Source: Candidatus Acidiferrum sp. (GTDB lineage Bacteria; Verrucomicrobiota; Verrucomicrobiia; Limisphaerales; UBA11358). Taken from it: a DNA stretch of 64,000 nt. The notes under the pieces were generated by a model, which was given only the letters and a program-made list of their open reading frames with translations, was not told where the DNA came from and ran no database searches. Below, piece by piece: positions 51,811-61,200 of this stretch; within the stretch, counting starts at the first letter, position 1, and every line of letters starts with the position of its first letter. Made by a program: the position numbers and the translations under genes. The DNA lies in assembly GCA_035506715.1 (NCBI GenBank), contig DATJOW010000095.1, forward strand, positions 5,393 through 69,392, in the 5' to 3' direction.

Positions 51811-54800
51811 ATGTCGCGTTTTGCTCTTCGTTATCCCTACCTCATCGTTGTCCTCTGCCTCATTACCTGCGTCGTCGGGGTGACCAGCCTGAGGCAGATG
51901 CCGGTGGATCTGTTCCCGCCCATAAAGATTCCCGTGGTGGTCGTCGCCACCTTCTTTAACGGGATGCCGCCGGAACAGATTGAGACCGACATCACCGGCC
52001 GGTTTGAACGGTTTTTCACGCTCGCTAGTGGCGTGGACCATATTGAATCCCGCTCCCTGCCGGGCGTTAGCCTGATCAAGATTTATTTTCAACCGGGGTT
52101 CAACCCCGATTCCGCCGTCACCAGCATTGCCAACCTGGCCATGGCCGACCTGCGCCGGCTGCCGCCCGGAACCCTGCCACCCGTCGTGCTAAAATTCGAC
52201 GCCTCCAGTCTCCCGGTTTGTTTGATCACCCTCAAGGGTGAGGGATTGAGCGAATCCCAACTCCGTGACCTCGGCCAGTTTGATGTGCGCAATCAGGTCG
52301 CCCACGTGCCCGGTTCGTCGGTCCCTATGCCGTTTGGTGGCCGGTACCGGCAAATCATGGTGTACGTGGATCCGCTCAAGCTCGAGGCGCACCAGTTGAG
52401 TGTCATGGATGTCGTCCGCGCCGTCAATAATGCCAACCTCATCCTGCCCGCCGGCGACGTGAAAATCGGCCCGTATGACTACAACCTCTACGTCAACAGC
52501 CAGATCAACAACCTGCAGGACATCAATCAAGTGCCACTCAAAACCATCAAAAATACCCCGGTGGTAGTCGGCGATGTCGGCAAGGCCGTGGACGCAGCCC
52601 AAATCCAGTACAATGTCGTGCGTGTGGACGGCCAGCCGTCGGTCTATCTGCCCGTGCTCAAACAGGGCGGCGAGGCAAACACCCTCCAGGTCGTGGACGG
52701 CATCAAGAGCGCCATCGGGCACCTGTTCGATGTCCCGAAACAACTCGTGACGAAGGTCGCCTTCGACCAGTCCGTGTTCGTGCGTAACGCCATTGACAAT
52801 TTGGTACACGAGGGGCTCATCGGCTTGGTGCTCACCGGAGTCATGATTCTGGTCTTTCTCGGCAGCGCGCGGGCAACAGCGGCGGTGTTCCTCTCCATTC
52901 CGCTCTCGGCGCTGGCGACGTTCACCGCCCTTCAGTGGGGCAACGGCACCGTCAACACCATGATTTTGGGCGGGCTGGCGCTGGCCTTCTCCCGCCTGAT
53001 TGACAATTCCGTCATCGTGTTGGAAAACATCTTTCGCCACCTCGAGCTCGGCGAACCGCCGGCCATCGCCGCCGAGCGCGGCGGGCACGAGGTCGCCTTA
53101 CCCGTGCTGGCAGCGACATTGACGACCGCCATCGTTTTTTTTCCGGTGACTTTTCTTTACGGCGTCAGCCGGTTTCTGTTCACGGCACTGGCGTTGGCGG
53201 TGATTCTGTCCTTGTTTGCTTCCTACCTCGTAGCCATGACCGTCGTGCCGCTGTTCTGTGCTAGGCTCATCAACCTCCGACAAGCGCAGGATGCAGCGCC
53301 GGCCGCCAGTGCGCCGCTTTCGTGGGGTGCGGGCTTCCACCGCTGGTTCAATTTGAAATTCAAACGGTTGCTCGACCGTTACGAAGGCTGTCTGAAACTG
53401 GCGTTGCTCCGGCCCGTTGCCACTACGCTCGGCATCGCCGGCATTTTCCTCCTGAGCCTCGGACTGTACCCGTTCGTCGGCGAAGCCTATTTCCCGCGTA
53501 CTGATCCGGGCCAGTTTGTCATCAATCTGAAGTCACCGACCGGCACGCGCATCGAGCTGACCGACAAACTGGTGCAAAAGGTCGAGCAGATTGTCCGCCA
53601 GGTCGTCTCCCCCGGGGACCTTAAAATTATCGTCTCCAACACAGGCCTTCAAGCGGGTTTCTCCTCGATATACACACCCAACTCGGGACCCCATACGGCT
53701 TTTGTGCAAGTAGGCCTGAATGCCGGCCACCGGCTCAGTAGCTTTCAATACATGGACCTGATGCGCGCCCGCCTGAAGCGGGAGTTGCCGCAACTCACCG
53801 CCTATTTGCAATCCGGCGGACTGGTGGATGCCATCCTCAACCTGGGTATGCCCGCACCGCTGGATGTCCAAGTGACCGGCATGAACATGGAAAAAACGCA
53901 TCAAATCGCCACTGACATCGCCCGACGCACCCAGGCGCTCCCGGAGGTCAGTGATGTCTTGGTGCCGCAGGACGTGGATAACCCGGCGCTGCAACTGGAC
54001 ATCAACCGCCTCCGGGCCAGCGAACTCGGCCTGAACGAAAAGGAAATCGTCGGCGACGTCATCACCGCGCTCACTTCCGACCAGATGATTGCGCCCAGCT
54101 ACTGGGTGGACCCCAAAAGCGGCAATGACTACCTCCTTACCGTCCAGTATCCGGAGGGCTGCGTGAAGAATCTGGCGGATCTGCGAGCCGTGCCTTTGCG
54201 CGGGCAAAACGTGGCCGCGCCCACCCGGCTCGATAACGTCAGCCGCATTGTCCATCGCGACTCTCCCACGGAAGTGGACCACTACCAGCTCCTGCGGACG
54301 ATGGACGTTTATGTGGCGCCGGCTGGCGAGGATCTCGGTAAGATTTGGCGCGAAGTCCAAGCCATCATTAAAAATTTGGCCCTGCCGGAAAATGTGCGCG
54401 TCACCGTCCGCGGCTCGGCGGAGGCGATGCAGGCATCGTTCCGGAGCTTCGGCCTGGGTCTGATCCTTGCGACGCTGTTGGTGTACTTGATCCTGGTCGC
54501 ACAATTCCAGTCCTTCCTTGATCCGCTGCTGATTATGCTGTCCGTGCCGACGGGATTGACCGGCGTTTTGCTCATGCTGTTTGCCTCCGGGACGACGCTC
54601 AATGTAATGTCGCTCATGGGGGTGGTGATGATGGTGGGCATTGTCGTCTCCAATAGCATTCTGATTGTGGAATTCACCCGGCGCCTGCGAGAGGAGGGGC
54701 GGCCGCTGCGGGAGGCCGTATCCCTAGCCTGCCGCGTGCGCCTCCGGCCGGTGCTGATGACTTCGCTGGCCACGCTCATCGGGTTGATCCCCATGGCAAC

Positions 54801-54984
54801 CAAACTGGGCACCGGCAGCGAAGCCTATGCTCCGCTGGCCCGCGCCATCATCGGGGGTCTGGCGGCGTCGGTGATACTTACCGTTTTTATTGTGCCCTGT
54901 GCGTATTACGCCATTTACCGGCGAAAGGAAATCCCGGCCGATTCAGCGGGTGACGGAACAAACCCCGCGGCTGCCATGCGCTGA
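51811..54984 (+). CDS. RND efflux permease (AcrB/CzcA superfamily)
   Basis: 1057 aa from the ATG at 51811 (MSRFALRYPYLIVVL...). 12-TM layout with two large periplasmic loops and typical TM4/TM10 regions. Confidence 0.9.
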   Translation: MSRFALRYPYLIVVLCLITCVVGVTSLRQMPVDLFPPIKIPVVVVATFFNGMPPEQIETDITGRFERFFTLASGVDHIESRSLPGVSLIKIYFQPGFNPDSAVTSIANLAMADLRRLPPGTLPPVVLKFDASSLPVCLITLKGEGLSESQLRDLGQFDVRNQVAHVPGSSVPMPFGGRYRQIMVYVDPLKLEAHQLSVMDVVRAVNNANLILPAGDVKIGPYDYNLYVNSQINNLQDINQVPLKTIKNTPVVVGDVGKAVDAAQIQYNVVRVDGQPSVYLPVLKQGGEANTLQVVDGIKSAIGHLFDVPKQLVTKVAFDQSVFVRNAIDNLVHEGLIGLVLTGVMILVFLGSARATAAVFLSIPLSALATFTALQWGNGTVNTMILGGLALAFSRLIDNSVIVLENIFRHLELGEPPAIAAERGGHEVALPVLAATLTTAIVFFPVTFLYGVSRFLFTALALAVILSLFASYLVAMTVVPLFCARLINLRQAQDAAPAASAPLSWGAGFHRWFNLKFKRLLDRYEGCLKLALLRPVATTLGIAGIFLLSLGLYPFVGEAYFPRTDPGQFVINLKSPTGTRIELTDKLVQKVEQIVRQVVSPGDLKIIVSNTGLQAGFSSIYTPNSGPHTAFVQVGLNAGHRLSSFQYMDLMRARLKRELPQLTAYLQSGGLVDAILNLGMPAPLDVQVTGMNMEKTHQIATDIARRTQALPEVSDVLVPQDVDNPALQLDINRLRASELGLNEKEIVGDVITALTSDQMIAPSYWVDPKSGNDYLLTVQYPEGCVKNLADLRAVPLRGQNVAAPTRLDNVSRIVHRDSPTEVDHYQLLRTMDVYVAPAGEDLGKIWREVQAIIKNLALPENVRVTVRGSAEAMQASFRSFGLGLILATLLVYLILVAQFQSFLDPLLIMLSVPTGLTGVLLMLFASGTTLNVMSLMGVVMMVGIVVSNSILIVEFTRRLREEGRPLREAVSLACRVRLRPVLMTSLATLIGLIPMATKLGTGSEAYAPLARAIIGGLAASVILTVFIVPCAYYAIYRRKEIPADSAGDGTNPAAAMR

Positions 54985-54995
54985 AAAACTGAACC

Positions 54996-56294
54996 ATGAG
55001 CCGATCTTCCCTCATCGTGCTGGCCGGTGTGCTCGTGATCAACGCGGCTTTGGCGGACGAAACCAATTTCTGGCCGGCGCTGACACTGGCAGACGCCCAG
55101 TCGCTTGCGTTGCGGAATCATCCGCAGGTCGCTGAGGCCAACTACCGCGCTTTGGCAGCCGAGGAAGTCGTCAAAGAGGCCCGCGCCGGCTATTTCCCGA
55201 CGGCCAATCTTTACGCCACGGCCGTGGGCGCGGATGGCGAGGACACCCGCATCCTAGCCGGCGGGCTGAACAATCCCAGCGTTCTCGACCGGGCCGCCGG
55301 CGGCGTGCAGATTAACCAGCTGATCACCGACTTTGGCCGCACGGCCAATCTTGCTGCCAGTTCCAGGTTTCAGGCGCTGGCGGCTGGCCAGAGCGCCAAC
55401 GCCACCCGCGAACAGGTGCTGTTGCAGGTGGACACCGGCTATTTCAGCGCGCTGCAGGCGCAGGCGGTCCTGCACGTTGCCCGACAGACCTTTGACACGC
55501 GGCAACTGCTGCTCGAACAGGTGGCCGCGTTGGCCACCAACAAACTGCGTTCTGATCTGGATGTGAGTTTTGCGCAGGTCGAACTCGAACAGGCCCGCTT
55601 GCTCGTGCAAAAATCCCAGAACGATGCGGATGCCGCCATGGCCAACCTGTCCACGGCGTTGGGGTTTCATGAATATCACCCGTTTCAATTGGTCGAGCAA
55701 CCCCTGCCGGCCGGCGCCGCAACCAATGACGCTTCCCTGCTGGTTCAAATCGCGCTGGCCCAACGGCCGGAACTGCTAAGTCTGCGGGACGCGCGCGACG
55801 CCGCACTGCGTTACGCCCGGTCGCAACGCGATGCTCGGCTGCCGACGATCGCCGCGGTGGGGGTGGCCGGCGACGCCCCCACGCACGATGGGCGGCTGCC
55901 GGACAATTACCTGGCCGGCGGGGTCCAACTCAGCCTGCCTGTGTTTGCCGGCGGTCTTTATCGGGCCCGCCAGCGGGAGGCGGAATTCAGGGCCCAGGCG
56001 GCCACCGAAAGGCTGCGTACGCTGGAGGACAATGTGATTCGCGATGTCCGGATCGCCTGGCTCAACGTCAACAGCGCGCTACAGCAGCTTCGCACCACCA
56101 ACCAACTGCTCAAGCACGCGGCGGAAGCCTACGGCCTCGCCGAAGCGCGCTACCAAAGCGGGATTAGTTCCATTGTCGAACTGAGCCAGGCCCAGCTGAA
56201 CCTGACCACCGCCCAAATTGCAGATTCAAGCGCCCGTTATGATGTGTTGATTCAACAGGCCAACCTGAACTATCAAACCGGCCAACTCCGGTGA
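54996..56294 (+). CDS. TolC-family outer-membrane efflux protein
   Basis: Signal peptide, two OEP repeats, typical LTLADAQSLALRNHPQV start and coiled-coil repeats. Confidence 0.85.
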   Translation: MSRSSLIVLAGVLVINAALADETNFWPALTLADAQSLALRNHPQVAEANYRALAAEEVVKEARAGYFPTANLYATAVGADGEDTRILAGGLNNPSVLDRAAGGVQINQLITDFGRTANLAASSRFQALAAGQSANATREQVLLQVDTGYFSALQAQAVLHVARQTFDTRQLLLEQVAALATNKLRSDLDVSFAQVELEQARLLVQKSQNDADAAMANLSTALGFHEYHPFQLVEQPLPAGAATNDASLLVQIALAQRPELLSLRDARDAALRYARSQRDARLPTIAAVGVAGDAPTHDGRLPDNYLAGGVQLSLPVFAGGLYRARQREAEFRAQAATERLRTLEDNVIRDVRIAWLNVNSALQQLRTTNQLLKHAAEAYGLAEARYQSGISSIVELSQAQLNLTTAQIADSSARYDVLIQQANLNYQTGQLR

Positions 56295-56360
56295 TATCGG
56301 CCGGCGCCAACTTTGACCGCTTCGGCACAGTGTGAACGACCTGAACCCCCGCCAAGCATC

Positions 56361-56398
56361 TGAATGGAATTTAATCCGGCTTTAAATCCCTTTTAATC
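56361..56398 (+). promoter_or_regulatory. TGAAT-N4-TTTAATC-N4-TTTAAAT-N4-TTTAATC cis-motif (site 5)
   Basis: TGAATggaaTTTAATCcggcTTTAAATccctTTTAATC. It ends 23 nt before the P3 ATG and is nearly collinear with site 4. Confidence 0.5.
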
Positions 56399-56421
56399 AG
56401 CCGGTGGCACTTTGTCCGGGT

Positions 56422-56967
56422 ATGAAAGTCGGCAAGTTCCCGCAGACGCAGGTGATTGTCATCGCCCCGTTTTTGCTGGCCGGCTGTGCCTCGCCGCCGG
56501 TCACGCTAAACCCAGTCGGCCCGGCGCCGGTGCGCTCGGCGACTTACCGCCCGCTCGGCGAGTTGCGCGTCTTCTCCGCCGTGGATACACACCAAATCGG
56601 AGAAAACACCTGCTATTATCCGCACACCGGTTACAGCATTTATACCTATCCCGGCAAGTTGTGGAAGTATATCCCGAATCACGTTGACGATGTGGATGAA
56701 ACCCCGACGGTGGTCATCCTTCCTCCCGGCAAATACTTCGTTAAAGCCAAAGCCAATTTTGACGTATGGGGAACCGTGGCCACGACGGTGGTGGTGCCGG
56801 TGGTTGTCCAGGAAGACAAATTAACGGAACTTCACCTGGAAGCGGATTGGAAGGCCCCGGCGAACACACTAACCAACGAATTGGTTTATCTGCCCGGCGG
56901 GAAGCCCGTGGGTTGGGCCAGCCCGCCGGAGTGCAAACCTTTAATTGGGAAAGGCAGCGGGAGTTGA
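56422..56967 (+). CDS. Lipoprotein, paralogue family member P3
   Basis: Lipobox FLLAGC. LNPVGPAP, LRVFSA, PGKYFVKA, VVVPVVVQEDKLTELHLE, LVYLPGGKPVGW. Confidence 0.7.
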   Translation: MKVGKFPQTQVIVIAPFLLAGCASPPVTLNPVGPAPVRSATYRPLGELRVFSAVDTHQIGENTCYYPHTGYSIYTYPGKLWKYIPNHVDDVDETPTVVILPPGKYFVKAKANFDVWGTVATTVVVPVVVQEDKLTELHLEADWKAPANTLTNELVYLPGGKPVGWASPPECKPLIGKGSGS

Positions 56968-57048
56968 ACGCAGTCGGACTTTCGCGATTATGAAAATTTG
57001 CCCGTGCGGGTTTCCTTGAAGGGCCTGTGATTGAAGAGTCGGTCCTGC

Positions 57049-57327
57049 TTACTCCTTCAGCTTCGAATCAATAATGATCGTCACCGGACCGTCGTTGACC
57101 AATTCCACCCGCATATCCGCACCGAATTCACCTGTCTTCACCGCTTTCCCCAAATCGGCACTCATTCTCTGGGTAAAAGCTTCATAAAGCGGAACGGCGA
57201 TCTGGGGAGCGGCGGAGCGGCGGGAGGATGGACGGTTGCCTTTTCGCGTGCTGGCGTAAAGCGTGAACTGACTGATCAACAGAATCTCGCCCCCCAGACT
57301 TCCAACGCGGTGAGTTGACTGATTCGA
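57049..57327 (-). pseudogene. dtd: D-aminoacyl-tRNA deacylase (dtd), 5'-truncated remnant
   Basis: The open frame encodes only the C-terminal two-thirds: ...GSLGGEILLISQFTLYASTRKGNRPS...FGADMRVELVNDGPVTIIIDS (SQFTL and NDGPVT are the Dtd signatures). An in-frame stop lies at 57328-57330. I found no Dtd-like N-terminus in any frame of the AT-richer 57330-57540. Confidence 0.6.
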
Positions 57328-57615
57328 TTAGGAAGGCATCTGCATTTGGAATTCGAGGCGGCACTTTCAGGCCACGAAACGAATTTTTACGAGGTGAGTG
57401 GCTTCAAATCACTGTTGTTTCTGCGGAATCGAGATTTGTGCTTTGTAACATCTCCTTTGCTTCTCGCCGGCATTATACTAAATCACGCCAAAGTATAAGT
57501 ACCAGAAATGTCTTGGAACTTTCTGATGTTTTTGACCTAATCGTTGGTAGGGGAGAAGAAAGCAGCAAGCGTCCATCCGAGCTTACTCCCTTTCAGAGGC
57601 ATTCTCTCCCGTGCT

Positions 57616-58179
57616 ATGGTGGACGTGACCGGCATGTTGCAGGCAATCAAGCGCGGCGAAGCGCAATCGAGCGCAGAACTGCTGCCGTTGGTCTATGACG
57701 AATTGCGGCGCTTGGCCGCGCACAAGCTCTCCCAGGAACGCCCCGGCCAAACCCTGCAACCGACCGCCCTGGTGCACGAGGCGTGGCTTCGCCTGGGCGG
57801 AAAACCAGACGCGGCGTTTGCCAACCAGGCCCACTTCTTCGCCGCCGCCGCCGAAGCCATGCGGCGGATTCTGGTCGAGAACGCCCGCCGCAAGCACCGG
57901 CTCAAGCACGGCGGCGGTCAGCAGCGTGTCGAACTTAACGCACTCGATCTCGCGATCTCCAGCGATGACGGTCAACTGCTGGCCGTGGACGAAGCGCTGG
58001 ACAAACTTGCCGCGCGCGACGCGCCGGCGGCGGACCTGATCAAGCTGAGATTCTTCGCGGGCCTGCCCAACGACGAAGCCGCCCGGCTGCTGGGTCTGCC
58101 GGAGCGCACTGCCAAGCGCACTTGGGCTTACGCGCGCGCCTGGCTTTACGAGGAGTTGAACCGAACCCTCGGATACTGA
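57616..58179 (+). CDS. ECF sigma factor of the kinase-associated type (TIGR02999/ECF43-like)
   Basis: MLQAIKRGEAQSSAELLPLVYDELRRLAAHKL...LQPTALVHEAWLRL... and region 4 (LIKLRFFAGLPNDEAARLLGLPERTAKRTWAYARAWL). The start is ATG 57616 or 57634. Confidence 0.85.
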   Translation: MVDVTGMLQAIKRGEAQSSAELLPLVYDELRRLAAHKLSQERPGQTLQPTALVHEAWLRLGGKPDAAFANQAHFFAAAAEAMRRILVENARRKHRLKHGGGQQRVELNALDLAISSDDGQLLAVDEALDKLAARDAPAADLIKLRFFAGLPNDEAARLLGLPERTAKRTWAYARAWLYEELNRTLGY

Positions 58180-58241
58180 AAGCTCTTGGCCCAAACCGGC
58201 CTGAAACGTCGCACTGATAGTTAGAAGGAACACGTGGCGTT

Positions 58242-61200
58242 ATGGCAACGACCGACAACGGCAACCGCGAGCGGGAAATCTTCGAAGCCGCGCTGGACAT
58301 TGCGCCCGCCGAAGGCAGGCTCAGCTACCTCAAGGGCGCCTGCGGCAAAGACGCGGAGCTGCTGGCCAGAGTGCAGTCGCTCCTGCAAGCTCACGAGACC
58401 GCCGGGGGCTTTTTGCCCGAACAGCCCAAGGCGGCGGCGACAGTCAGCATTGTCACCGAGAAAGCCGGTGACAAGATCGGCCACTACAAACTCCTCCAGC
58501 AAATCGGCGAAGGCGGCTGCGGCGCGGTCTATATGGCCGAACAGGAGGAACCCATCCGGCGGCGGGTCGCCCTTAAAGTCATCAAGCTGGGGATGGACAC
58601 CAAACAGGTGATCGCGCGGTTTGAGGCTGAGCGGCAGGCGCTGGCACTGATGGACCATCCCAACATCGCCAAGGTGCTGGATGCGGGCGCGACCGAGACG
58701 GGCCGGCCTTACTTCGTCATGGAACTGGTGCGGGGCATTCGCATCACCGACTACTGCGACGAGAACAACCTATCGACCGAGGAACGGTTGGACCTGTTTG
58801 TTCAGATCTGTCATGCGGTCCAGCACGCGCATCAGAAGGGCATCATCCACCGCGACATCAAGCCTTCGAACATCCTGGTCACCGCGCACGATGGGAAGCC
58901 GCTGCCGAAGATTATTGATTTTGGGATTGCCAAGGCCACCTCGGGGCAAGTGTTGACGGACAAGACGCTGTTCACGGCGTTCGAGCAGTTTATCGGGACG
59001 CCCGCGTACATGAGTCCGGAGCAGGCGGAGATGAGCACGCTGGACATCGACACGCGTAGCGACATCTATGCGTTGGGGGTGTTGCTCTACGAACTGCTGA
59101 CGGGCCAGACGCCGTTTGACGCGCAGGCATTGGTGGCGGCGGGCTTGAACGAAATGCGGCGGATCATTCGGGAACAGGAGCCGATGCGACCTTCGACGCG
59201 GATCAGCACTTTGGAGGCTGCCGACCAGACCTCGGTAGCCAGGCGACGTCATGCCGAACCGCCGCAACTGATTAATATGGTGCGCGGGGATTTGGACTGG
59301 ATCGCGATGAAGTGCCTCGAGAAGGACCGGACGCGGCGGTACGAGACGGCCAACGGGCTGGCCAGTGACATTTTGTGTTACTTGAACAACGAGCCGGTCT
59401 TGGCGCGTCCACCCGGCAGATTCTACCGGTTCCAGAAGCTTGTACGCAGGAACAAGCTGGCGTTTGCCGCAGGTGCGGTGGTGAGCGGCGTATTGGTCGT
59501 TGGCGTTATCGCGAGCACTTGGCAGGCGGTCCGGGCCACCCGCGCGAGGCACGAAGCAGTCGAAGCGCGCAACCATGAGCAAGAGCTGCGGGAAGCCGCA
59601 CAACAGGCCCAGGCGAATGAAGCCCGAATGCGCGAGCGAGCCGAGAAGGAAGAGTTGGAGGCCCGCCAGCGCGCCTACGCTTCGGACATGCTCATGGCCA
59701 AGCAGGCGCTGGATGCAAACAACCTGGGTCTGGCGCAAGACCTGCTCGACCGGCAGCGTCCTCAGCCCGGCCAAAGAGACATGCGCGACTGGGAATGGCG
59801 TTACCTCTGGCAACAATCCCGCAGCGAGGCCATGTTCACCCTTTGCCGGGAATCGAGCGAGATCGAGTCGCTGGCGGTTTCTCAGGACGGTCAATGGTTG
59901 GCGATTGGGCAGGCCCGGGGCGGGCTAACGGTATGGGACTTGCGCACGCGACAGCAGGTGTTTCAACTGGCGGAAGGCGGCACCGTCCGCGCTGTCTTTT
60001 CACCCACGGGTTCTTTGCTGGCGTTCTCCACCTTGAGCACCTCCACGTCCGGCAAGTTACAAGCTGGTTTGCACCTCTGGAACGCGACAACACGCCAGAT
60101 GACGGCTGAATTGCCGCTGAGCAGTGAGTGCCTCGGGCTGGTGTTTTCCGGGGATGGCCAGACACTTGCCACATGCACCCGGGGCTCGAACGGCCAAGTC
60201 ACTCTGTGGCAAATGCCCGAAGGCAAAGAACTGGTATCCTATCCGGCAACCCCGTTCGGCTATCGGGTAGCAGCAACTCCATTCGCTGCAACACGTGATC
60301 TGCAACTGGCCGCCTACACGCTACCAGCGCCGAAGTTTCGCGTGGTTGACTTGCGCGAGGGCAAGGAGCTTTGGGCAGCCGAACAGGGCGTCCCTGCCGT
60401 TGCCTTTTCACCGGACGGCAAAATCCTGGTGTCCACCGGCGGATATCGCGCATCGGACATCCGTCTCTGGGATGTGGTCAGTGGCAAGGAAATCGGAAGG
60501 CTGGAAGGCCACGGATCCTATGTGATTTCCCTGGTGTTCTGGCCGGACGGCAAAAAGCTGGCCTCAAGCGGCGCAGATCAGACGATTCGGATTTGGGACG
60601 TCGCGAGTCGAAAGTGCCTGGACGTGCTACGCGGTCATCGTCAGGAGGTGTGGCGGCTGGCCTTGTTGCCCGATGACAAAACGCTGGTCAGCGGCTGCAA
60701 GGACGGCACAGTTTGTTTTTGGGACACGTCCGTCACGCACTGGAAGCAGCCCTACATCACTATTCCAGAGAATGTGCTTAACTGGCGCTTTGCGCCCGAC
60801 AGCCGGTCCGTCCTGACTGTAAGCCAGCACGGTCAGGTGTCGCGGTGGACGGGCTCTGATTTCCAACAGAAGGAAGCGCTACTGGAAATTGGGACAAATT
60901 TGTATGCCCCATACTTTTCCCGAGACGGACGCTCCCTGGCGGTCGGCTCCACCAACGGGGTCCTCCAGATTTGGGATGTGTCACGACGGAGTTTAGGGCG
61001 TCAGTGGACGAACACGACGGGTCTGGTGAAGCCGCTGAGTTTTCTCTCAGACGATAACAAGTTGATAACCTGGTCCGCGGTCAGCAATTTGCTTCACGAA
61101 TGGAATCTCACGACTGGCTTGGAGTTACAGACGTGGTGGACATCGTCATCGGTATTCTCGGGGTTTTGCCTTTCGCCTGACGAGCGATCCTGCATGGCTA

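Noticed and set aside
57330-57400. Possible frameshifted continuation of the dtd N-terminus (minus-strand peptide ...PPRIPNADAFLIESVNS...)
   Set aside because: It has only a loose resemblance to the Dtd RIFxDxxGKxNxSV region. The segment is AT-richer than the gene body, and no MIxxIQRV-type N-terminus follows.
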